Source: Obrimoposthia wandeli (lineage: Eukaryota). From it: a stretch of 64,000 nt of DNA. The stretch spans positions 62,001-126,000 of the forward strand of contig CDROCS010000482.1 of the NCBI GenBank assembly GCA_977020255.1, written 5' to 3'. The position numbers and the translations under genes were made by a program. A model generated the notes under the pieces. It searched no databases. It was not told the origin of the DNA and worked only from the letters and a program-made list of their open reading frames with translations. How positions within the stretch are numbered: position 1 is the first letter of the stretch; every line of letters starts with the position of its first letter. Positions 25,801 through 37,800 of this stretch are shown piece by piece.

Positions 25801-28800
25801 CATACAAAGACAGTCACGTATGTGTGTGAGTGTCTAACAAAGTTAGGCATCAATAGCTACAAAGACAATCACGCACTGCATCTATATCGCAAACTTTATG
25901 TAATTACAAACTCTTTGGAGGTTTTAGTATAAGTTTTCTACCAAGATAGGCACTAGGATCCTTTTGAATTGCACTTACAACTTTATGTAATTTTACAAAA
26001 ACATCAAGCATACCATCCCCTTTTTGTATGCCATCCCTTTTTTGCAATCCATTCCCATTTTGTATACCTCTAATATAATCCACATTCTTTTTCTGTTTTA
26101 TAGCTTTTTTATCAACTCCACCAAACCATCTATCTAAAAGATTTCCTACCATCATATGAATATCCAAACCCTCCATGATTTTCTTTTTACTCATAGTCTT
26201 TTTAACCTTAGTCTTTTTCGACTTTAATGATTTAGTAGGTTTTTTAGTCATTTTCATAATAAATATTATTAAAGTATCACTATTGTTTATATATAAAATA
26301 AAATAATACAAATAAAGACACACAAATTTATTAGTCCACTCTAACAGCTTCAATTATTTTCCATATCGGAGTTTCCAATCCACTGGGCCCGATCTTGCAT
26401 CCTTGAATTCTGATTGAGAAAATCCATTCTAATTTAGGAGGAGGTCCTTCGAATATTGTTCCATTCTCCTGCTTGAAAGTTGCAGTTAATCCTTTGATTA
26501 TGAATTTGTTTTCCTGAAGCGCGTAGTTGATTCCGAATTGAGTCAAGAGAATATTGATTCTCTCTTTATCCACAGAAGTTAAATTTGATATTTCAAAATC
26601 AAATTTAAACGGCTCAATGTTGTGAGGAAAAATAAAATTATAGTTAAGAGCTTTCTTCAAAACGTGCATCTCATATCCATATTATTTATGCATAGGTTGA
26701 TATAGCTTTTCAAAATTCATATTTACAATTATAAATTGTTATAGTTATTCAATTGTTTATCCTCTAAAGCTCAATTCTAATTAGTCGATATTCTTGTTTA
26801 TGAAAATCGTTTAGTATTAGTCATATCCTTAAAGGGCTTACGTTCTTCGGTTACTCGTGTAGGACCTGTTATTGTTTAACTTGATGGATTAATATTTTCT
26901 CTCTGATTATTTATATTATAATTTCTATTAGAATATAAATTACTACCGGAACCTATATATGTACTAGCTCTACTTTGATATTTTGATTATTTTGATTATT
27001 CATTTTCTATAAAATCATTATCAAAATATTGTTTATACTGCTTTATTCTTAAGATAAAGACATCACATGACATTTCTTGTAAATACTAAGAATGTTACTA
27101 AAAATATATTTTCATTTACTATATAAGCTAGACAATTTCCACATTCAATGCTGTTATGAATACTAAATTTATTTCACATTATGTTTAGCAAAATGGAGAA
27201 CTCAGCATTAAACGACGACGTTTTGACAAGATTGCAAGAAGAAATGAAAATATGATATATGAAGAAAGAAGATTAAAATAATTACAAGCAAAGTTTACTG
27301 CTTTAGCGGATAAGGGCAAAAGCAGGATTTAATAAGCACGTTGATTCGAAGGATAATGTAAAGTGTGTTTACTGTCTGGGAGCAATATCGGAATGTGAGT
27401 ACTATCTGAAACCAATGAAGCGGCATCAGGTATTTTTCCCAAGATGCGCGTTTGTTTTGAAAATGAATGTTTCAAACGTACCAATAATTGATTCCAGCAC
27501 CAAACAAATTGATTTTGATTCAACTCCAATGGATAAGTAGTTATTGTACGCAATAATTATTCTAATGATATTGAAATACCTACATTATCGATTTTCGATC
27601 ATGTATATATTTGGAATGATTCTTATCGATGTTGTTTCTGTCAGAAAGCAGTACCCCGACTTGAGTTTATTGATACTATGCCCGAAAGAATCTTTCCTAC
27701 TCGAGATTGTAAAGCATCTAGTATGGGAATCAAGAACGGATGTATTGTTGAATATCATATTAGTAATGATGAAATTGATGCTCAGATGGAAACTCGTCAA
27801 ATAGCTTTGCTGAAACGTGATTATAGCCATGATATAATCAAAGCCGTTTTAGTTAATAGGTTTAAAACATTCGGTATTAAATATGATTATATATATGAGT
27901 TTATAACGGATTTAAGGTCTTTAGAAATAAAATATGAACCAAAACATCGTATAAATTATCTTGAGTATCTCTTACCAAATCCCGAATGTGTTGTTTGCAT
28001 GACGGGTGCGATTTCCGTGGCATTTTTACCATGTGGACACTTAAACACGTGTATTAAATGTCCAGATCGTTTTATTTCATGTCCATATTGCAATACAATT
28101 AACATTAGACGAGTAAGAAATATTACATTTCATAGTATCGGCAATTAAACAAAGACATGTAATCTAAAAATATATGTTCAAATCGTATAAAGAGAAGAAA
28201 TCAGTTTATAATAATCAAAAATGCTACTTCACAATATCAAATTAGTGAATATTAATTACAAGGGAATGGTTGTAAGTAACATTCAACACTTACCATTTCG
28301 GACTTCGAAGCCTCATCAATATCGACTCAAGTGTGAAGGTTACACTATGATCATTTTCAAATCTGGTAATTTATTTTTACATTTAAATATAATTATAATT
28401 TAGGAATATGCAAAATAATGGGTTGTAAAACAGTGCTGGATGAAAGCACTCTTCCTTTTGATATAAAAATCGAAAGAATCCAATCAATCAGTCTCAGCTG
28501 CAATCTAGAAACCCCAATAAACCTGAGCAAGATGAGCAAGAGTATGGGATCGGAAGCTGTTTACGAGCCAGAATTCTTCCCGGGACTTCGATACGTCAAA
28601 TAAAATCCACTATGCGTGACCATTTTTGCGAGCGGGAAGATTATGATACTTGGTGTTAAATCTTTAAACTATGAGTATCTGATTGAATGTATTTTGTTCA
28701 ATATAAATCTTCAAACTTGTGTTATTTATTTCCTAAACAAAGACAACCAAATAGTCGTAATGTTGCTAAAAATAGATTTATCTTAGAGACAAAGACATCA

Positions 28801-31800
28801 CACGTAATTAGCTGCAAATAGCTGCAAAAGTTGTACTGTTGCTAAAAATAGATTTATCTTAGAGACAAAGACATCACATGTAATTACTTGCAAATAGCTG
28901 CAAAAGTTGTAATGTTACTAAAAATAGATTTTTCTGGGTTATAAACAATATTTGATTTGCTTTATCATAAAATGGATGAAATTATTAAATGTGAAGAGGT
29001 ACAGGTTGCATTAAAAGATCTTGCCTCAGTTATTCTCAATGCTTTAATTAGGAAAAATAATCACGAGTAATATTTATTTGTAGTTTATTTTACTCTTTAG
29101 GTTACGTCATCAACTACATTTACATGAGATGTTAAGTACAATGGAAAGGTTGAATAATACTCCAATCAAATCACGGGGCTATGATGAAACTGATGCTCCA
29201 ATGAAATCAAACCTCGTTTAGTATATAAGAGTAAATCTACTCTGAATTGATAAAAGGGAGAAAATCACATCAGCAACATGTTCATTGGCAGCAACATCAT
29301 TGCCAACACCATCAGCAGCAGCATTATCACCAGCAGCAGCAACAACAACAGTTATGAGAAGAGAAGAAACTATTGATGAAGTGACGATAGAAGAAGAAAT
29401 TATTATAGATCCAAATTATTGAAGATAAGAGACGGATAGATTTTTTGAATGCTTTGGCTTTTATGGAACCCATAATAGCTCATGCTTCCAGTATGGAAAT
29501 GAACCACATGACCCATCATTTTGATAGTTGGTTTAGGGCTAGATTTACTCAACATAATGTAGAAAAATTAAACAAAAACAAAAAAATGAGTGAGATTTTA
29601 ATAAATCAATTATATATTGGTAATTATAGAAATGGGTTTGATGAAACTACACTTTTGGACTCCGATTTCACTCATGTAATCAATACATCTATACTGGATA
29701 AGATATCTTATAAGAAATTTGAATTATACTTCTGTCTTTGTAATCTCCAAATTATGAGAAACAATAATGAGATATTATAAACAGACTACTAATATAATTA
29801 AAGAAACTATCGAAAATGGTGATAAGATTTTAGTATATGGTCATTATGGTAGTTTACATGCTGCTTGCATTGTTATTACATTTTTATCTTCTTCAATGGG
29901 TGTTACTGCTGCTTGTAATCTTGTTAAAGCTAAACGGACTATTGCTGTTCCTAATGAAGCTATGCTTCATCAAATACGTATTTTTAATCGTTATCATGTG
30001 TAAATTTTATTCGTCTTTATCTTTATTAATCAGTGTCTTTATTAGTTAGTGTATTTATTAACCAATCAGATTTCAAATGTATAGTATATAAGTAGATTAC
30101 TTTTTACTGCTTCTTCATTATGTCTACTCCAAATTATTTCAAGCAAGATGTTGACAAGGCGGTAAAGAGCTTCATCTCGAAGAATGTTATAGAAGCAGAT
30201 GTCCTGAAACTCATTGATGTTTCAAATCTACCCCTGGAGGAGCACATAAGAAGAATGGTGCATGACAAGACCGTCAATCATCTCATTCTGGGATACTATC
30301 AGAAGAAAGAAGAACTGGCAAAGAAAGAAGAGAAAGGAGACAACTCTTCTACGTCTGTCCAGTATGTCTCTCCGCAGAAGAGATTGATTGGTTGGAGTTT
30401 GTGGCGCCTCATCGCACCCATCTTTGCCATTTCCGGCAAGAAGGCCATCTTCCGGGATAGAGCTCACGGTAATATGACTGCTTTTCCTGCTATCATTTCT
30501 CAAGATCGGGTTGCTGCTTCTTCGCCAGTTACTGTCCCAATTGCTGTGCCAATTGCTGCCCCAGTTGCTGCACCAATTGCTTCTCCACCATCTAATGTAT
30601 TCTCTACTGTGGTTCCAGTTATGCCTCCTTCATCAACAGCTGGTATTATCCCCGCGTCGTTACCAGCATCTACCCGCAAGAGAAGTGTTATGCCCACTTC
30701 AGGTAGCTCTGTTGCGAAGTTTCCTAGGGTTAATGCCGTTAAGCGAAAAACTAGTCTTCGGAGCACGATTGAGACATTGTCATTAGATATTTCTAATGAC
30801 AATGTCATTGATTTACAAGTTCCTGAATCACTTTTGACTAGCTTAAGGGACACAGTCAGCAAGTTTGCGACTTGTAAGGTACAATTCGGAGTGTGTGTTG
30901 AATTTTCCAATATTAGAGCAACACGTGCTTGGAAATTTTCCAATATAGGGCTTCCCATATATGAGGGATTTATAGATGCGGGAGTAGATGGGATCAATAA
31001 GAAGATTGAGAATTATTCCCAAAATAGTAGTAATTGGGTTAGTGAACCGCTTCCTGGAAATTTTGTTTGTTGTGACTAAAACAACAAAATGAACTATCTC
31101 CAAGGGAGTAGTTATATACCAACTCCAACTGAGTTATCACTCTAACATTGCGTTATCAATGTGCAGAACTCTAACACTTTCTGTTTCCTTTACAGCATCT
31201 TAACTGTACTTTTTCGCGAAGTATTTCGCTCTAATCCTCATCGGGTTAATCAATATGATGCCCTGGTGAGTCAATTAGTTTTTGATGAGAATGAGATGCC
31301 GATGCATCCATGTAATATACTGCGATTAGAGAGAAAGAATCCATCTCGCTCAATCAACGTATTTACATTCAATAGGTTTTCAAATGTGCAAACATAGGGA
31401 TATCTTCAAAAATCCCTATGTGTATTTCATTTACAGAACCACAAACCAATAAGCCAATCAATCTTCTCATTTTAGAAAACAAGGATAATTTTCATTATGT
31501 CGGTATTCCTAAACTCAATAGGCTGCTTAATTATAGGAACAAAGGTGTATCTAATTGCATTCGGTGTACTTGGTGTCATAAGTGTCTCCATGGGTTCCGG
31601 AAAGCAATAGGTAATGCCAAACACGTTCCACTCTGTAGGATGAATTTAGATCATACAACACTTTATTCAATGCCTACAGAGAAGCATATTGAGTTTAAGG
31701 ACTTTTCAAAAACAATTTATCCGCCTTTTGCTGTTTACGCGGACTTTGAGGCTGTGCTGCCGCCGCATGGAATACATAATCAGATTCAGCTTCCAATCTC

Positions 31801-34800
31801 GGCCGGTATGCTCATGTCTCCAGTTGCAGCTACGATAGGGTACACACATGATTTCATATCTTTATTTTCTCCTTTATAATTATTTATTAATATTTAATAA
31901 GAAAGAATCATCACAGGTAAGGTTATGAATATATTGATATTTTTAAATAAGATGATTCATGAAACGATAGACAGAGAAATGATAATAATATGAATATATA
32001 TACTTCAATAAAATGGTGAGAAACTACGCTATCTTTAGAAATATCTTTAGAAACACCTAACCCCAATAATTATTTAATAATCAATAGCTGCTTGGAGAGG
32101 TTTTCCTAAACATCGAAGTCTTCTACATAATTAACTACATTACTCCACTTTATACTCCAAATCTCAATAAAATACTATATTAGAAATATCATTAGGAGCT
32201 CCAATGATCAGCGACTTTATGCTGGTTGATGATACTGAAAAAACTACTGAGACTGAATGTTGATAATAATATCGGTAATTTCTGTGTTTCAATAATCGAT
32301 TTTTATATACAGTAATATATAAATTTATGGTATTTGGAGATTTCTCTGAAAGTTAGGGCCATGTTTAAAGTTTTTGATAGAAGATTCATGAAAAGATAGA
32401 CATAGAAATGATAGTAATGGATAGATAAACCTCGAATTGTGTTTATTGATTTTAAGATTCATTCGCACTCATATAAAATTTTAAATATTTTCCTTCTACA
32501 CCATCACTTGATCATCTAACTCAAATATAACAAGGAAACTCTTAATATCTTAGTTTTTACAACAACATTTTTACAACTAAAAGTTTATCATATTGGTTAA
32601 ATAGCTACAACGTAGTGTATTTTTAAATAACTGCAACGTAGTTGATTTTAACCAATCAAAATTAAGATAGAAATTGATGTATAAGTAAAGCTAAAATTTA
32701 AAAGTCATTAATAATAATTGGCTATATCGTTTTTATGTACATCATTCTTTCCATTATAAACGTAGCACTATGTTTTATTTTTGAAAAACATCCATCATAT
32801 GTTTGCTTTGTCATTTCATAACTACTTTGATGAATGAGGTACCGTTATTTAACTGGGCTGCTTTATGTTTAGTCTTTATAAATATTTATAAGTTTAAATA
32901 ATATATATTGGTTTGCTTTCCTGGATTCTGTGCTATTCTCTCCTTAAACCCTAATACTTGTTATATTTATCTTCTTAAACCTCTTAGCCTCTACGTTATA
33001 TTCCTCTTCTGAAATCTCCTGTAAACCTATTTTAAGGCAATATTTTCTTTTCTGAAACCTCCTAAGAAACTGTTAAATCCTCCTCTGAACATTTTTTAAG
33101 GCCTTCATTTCCTCTTTTGAAGCCTCTTGGACACCACCGTTAAATCCTCCTCTGAACCCATTTTAAGACTATAAATTATCTTCTGAAACCACATGAACTC
33201 ATCCGTTAAAACCCTCTCTAAACCTCTTCTTATGCTATTTTTTTCTTCTGAAATTAACATCCCCGTTAAATCCTCCTCCTTTAAATCCATTTTAGTATAT
33301 ATTTTCTCTTCTGAAATGCCTTAAAAACCCCGTTCAATTTTCGTTTGAAATCTTATAATTACTAAGTAATTTTTCCTCTAAACACCTTGTAATTTTTTTA
33401 TAATACCACGTATGCTTAGAATTCTCTTCAGAATCACATAAATATCACAAATTACCTGAACATCTCCTTAATTTATCTTCCAAACCATCGAATACCACAA
33501 ATGTTATATACAATGCATTAATTCCTTCTCTATACATATCCTTATTCTAAATCAGCTTTCCTCTAAACAATCTTAATGTCACAAATCTCACAAAAATCAC
33601 CAAATATCACATCTCGAGGAATTCTCTTCTAGAAACACCTCGTTAATTTCCTCTCTGAACAATGATGGTTTAATTTCATTTCGAAAATTATTATTGGATA
33701 TATATACCAAATTTCAATAAAATTCTATATTAAAATAAGATTGACTTAGAAGCTCTGATGACTTAAGTCAGTTGATTGATTATGGTTAAGTTTGTATAAT
33801 ATTGATAAATTCAATGAAAAATATCCACTTCATCAAAATTATGCATGTTTTGATATGTTAAAATGTTTAATAAATCGATTTAAAATACTTATAGATAGAA
33901 ATAATAGATAAATTATTCCAATATACGCAGTATATTTATATGCATATTTTAAAATGTATTGACTATTATAGTTAATAATTAAATAAATATTTCCAATTAT
34001 ATTATTTATATCAAAAATTTCAAAAATTTCAAAAAAATAATATATCCACTTTTTATTTGATGATTAACTTCTATAAAAGTTTTTTATCACTTCATTATTA
34101 AAATGTTACAAATTGTATTACTTTAAAAATCATACATATGCGAAACTGATTTATTTTTGATCACAGTTTTCATTACTAAATCAAATACATTTACTATACT
34201 AGTAGGTGGATGTGTCCGGTCTAATCCACACCCCCCTCTCCCCTACTGTCCTTTAAAACCGTGCATGTGTGTAGTGAAATTTCGTGTAGGTGTGTGGAGT
34301 GAAATTTCGTATATGTGTGTCTCCATTCCACCCAAAGGGGGGAGGAAGGGGGGTACCCCCGCACCCACCACATTTTTTAAAAATTTTACAACGAATCTCA
34401 AAAGTGGTTAGAGAAGACCACGAGAATCCATATTGACCACGGCGGCTTTTCGCAGACGAGATTTCAAATATTACTACTATTTTTAAGAAAGATTTTAGAT
34501 TAATAAATTACTACATGTTAAATATCTATGTCAGTTTTAGAATTTAGAGGAGAAAAAATCGGTCAGATCTATATAATTTAGAGAAGAAAAAAACAAAATA
34601 CGAGACAAAATTATTTTTCAAAATATTTATTAAACATAAAACAACATATTGGCTTCACTCAAAGTCCAGAGAGGCTGTATTTTCCCGTCATCAGCAAAAT
34701 ATCCATTGAGACGTGTTGAGATATTCCATAGTTCTTCATCTAGAATTGGAGCAATCAAATATCCTAGATCATCTTTAAAATCCAGACCGGGATCAGTTTC

Positions 34801-37800
34801 AAGCTGGAAACAATTTCCTTCATATACATAATCAGGAATGTAAAATCCCAAAATATTTTTCAATTGATCAATATCAGTTGTTGTTAAACTTTCGATGAGA
34901 TATTTATTCTGCACTTTTGATATTTTCAAAGGATTCATAACTCGTATAATTTGATGCCTCTTTAATATATTACATAGTTTTCCTTTTGAAATTCTTTCTG
35001 GATAATAAAAATTTGCTACACATCTCTTATCCATTCTAAAATAAAGAAACTGATTAAAAACAATGTTTATAAAAAAAATACATATAAGATACAAATAAGA
35101 TACAAATAAAACTGATTATTAATTGCCAAATGAAAGAAACATAGTAAAACCGATTACAATTTATTACACGCAAAAAGTTAAAACATAGAAATATGAGCAC
35201 GTTCAATTTTCCACATAGGCAACTTTGTTCCCATTTCATCTTTCTTGTAACCATAAAGTCGAATTGTTAGAGTCCATTGCTTCTTTTTTGGAAAGGCATC
35301 AATATCAACATATCTTCCATAGTCATCTAGAAATGCTTCATCGGCTCCTCGGATATAAAATTCGTTCTTATTGAAAGTAAAATTTGGAACTGCCCTTTCA
35401 ACTTTCTGTTTAAGATATTGAAAATCAGGTTTTTGAATACCTGATAGATAGTAGCTGAACTTTCTTCTTTCAATTGTCACAGGATTTACTAAAGCAATCA
35501 GTTGAGCCTTCTTCAAGAATCTGACTTTGTATTTGAAATATTGTTTCACTTCTTCATACATATCCTTATCCGATTCTTCAAACATTTCTTCGTCATCGCT
35601 TAATACCCGTTGGCTATCGTCCATCGTTGATAATTGTCTTTGATATGAATGCATTTACTATGATTTGTCCTCCAATGGCGCATTCTTTTATACTAATTTC
35701 TAACAAAGACATGAATCTTATTGGTTAATATAACTAAAGCATTGAATTTGATTGGACTAAATCTATATTAAAAATCAAAATTGATTGGAAGAAATATATC
35801 ATCCAATTATAATAGGTTAGCAAGATAATTACAAGAAACGTGCAATAAAAAAGCAGGTTCAGACATATATAAAGAAGATTTTACAGAATACAATTTCAGT
35901 CTAATGAAACTCGTAAATATAAATTATAAAGGTAGAACAGATGATGATGTTTTGTACTTACCATTCAATGAATGGAAGCCGAGACAATATGTAGAAATGT
36001 TTGACTATTTCACAGTTGTTATTTTTCCTACAGATTAGTTTTTTTATTTCCATATTGAATTCTTTTAGGAAATTGTCGTGTTATGGGATGCAAAATACCA
36101 ATGCTTGGGTTCAATTTACCATTTGGAATTCGAATCACTGCAATACAATCAATCACGATTTCGGCTAATCTTGGGAAACAGATAAATCTTTTTAAAACTG
36201 CAGAGAAAATGAAAGAAGAATGCATGTTTGAACCAGAAATTTTTCCTGCTCTCAGTTATTTGAAGTTTAAACCGCTATGTGTAAATATATTTTCCAGTGG
36301 TAAAGTTATGATATTGAGATTGAAAAATTTTGATTATCCAGACATTGTTGATTTGATTTTAGAAAATATATCTTATTACATCTTGTTATCTTTTTCTATA
36401 AACAAACCCGTTTAAACTTATTGTTTCAAATGAATAATACTATAAATAGAGACAATGCAGTGGATCGGCTTGCCGACGAAATATTTTCTGGAAAAATTAG
36501 GGGTAAAGAAATTTTATCAGAATTAAAAAATAATGATATAACAAGAGATAACATTGAAATATTGGTTAGATCACACGTTATTCGAGAATTTAGAAATCGT
36601 ACACAAATAAATAAAATTATAGTCACATATTCATTAATTAATATTTGTATTTCATCTACAATAGCTCTAACATTGTACATTTCGATAAGAAAACTTCTAT
36701 AATAATATAAACAAAATTAAAAATGAAAGAGTATATACAATGGAGCTAAATAATAATGCTGTATTTCAAATAGTTGGCCCTAGTGAAAGTGGAAAGACAC
36801 ATTTCGTCTGTAAATTGTTGCAAAAATGAATTTCTTTTCAAATCTAGTTTCAAAAATATATTTATTTGTATCATGGTGGAGAAGGGGAAAGCGGGTTAAC
36901 CAAAACAGAAGTTTGCAAGTGAAGGGTATAAAGTTTATTGAAGGATTTGATGCAAATTGGTGTGAAAGATTGAAAAAAGAAGATGTAATAAAAATTGATG
37001 ATTTGTATGAGGAGGCTAACAAGGAATCGGACTTTAATAATTTATTTACAAAGATTGCAAGACATCGTGAAGTAACAGTTATATTTATCACTCAAAATCT
37101 GTTTCACCAAGGAGGTCACCATAGAACAAGAAATCTTAATGTACATTACTTAGTTTTATTTAAAAATCCTAGAGATCAAACAGTTGTTGATTTTGTGGCC
37201 AGACAGGCATTTCCTCAAAATAAGAACTTTCTAGTTGATTCATTCCACGATGCTGCTAAACAAGCACATGGGTATATATTTATTTGACTTTACACAAGCT
37301 TGCTCAGATGATTTACGTGTTTTAACAGACATATTTAATTCTAAGGGAGTAACTGTTTATAAACAAATAGAGAACAATTATAAAAAATAAATTCGCAATG
37401 CATTTTACAAAGTTGATAGTAAAACGTAAAGTAAAATCTAAGAAATCAAAAAAAAGAATCATTAAGAAAAAAGAAGTGAAAAAATTAATCAAATCTGTAG
37501 TTAAAAAAAAAAAAAAAACTTAAATGGCTTCGAATATAAACAATATTTAAATTGAACCTTTTTTATTAAAATGAAGAAAATACAAAGAAGCATACCCTAT
37601 TTTAAAGCTTTAGTCAAAGCCTCTTCTAATAAGAGAATGATTATTCTTAAAGCATTTCCATCTTTTGTTGTAGATGATTTATTGGAAGTTTTGTGTAATA
37701 TAGTTTTGGGTCGAGTAAAAGTTGGAAATCGGAAAAATATATTAATGAAATATAGAAAAACTCTTCTAGATATTGCTAATGTAAAAAGTAAAAAAAGGAA

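Larger units (their letters stand above)
24622..31880 (+). mobile_element. Polinton copy B (left part; two tandem left ends; right part lost)
   Basis: Termini AGTAGGTAGATGTG (24622) and AGTAGGGGGATGTG (25168), AGGTCA array, genes homologous to copy A, PolB truncated at about 31860. Confidence 0.85.

Noticed and set aside
30228-31103. Antisense and alternate-frame ORFs over the PolB N-terminus
   Set aside because: Shadows of a GC-richer coding region.
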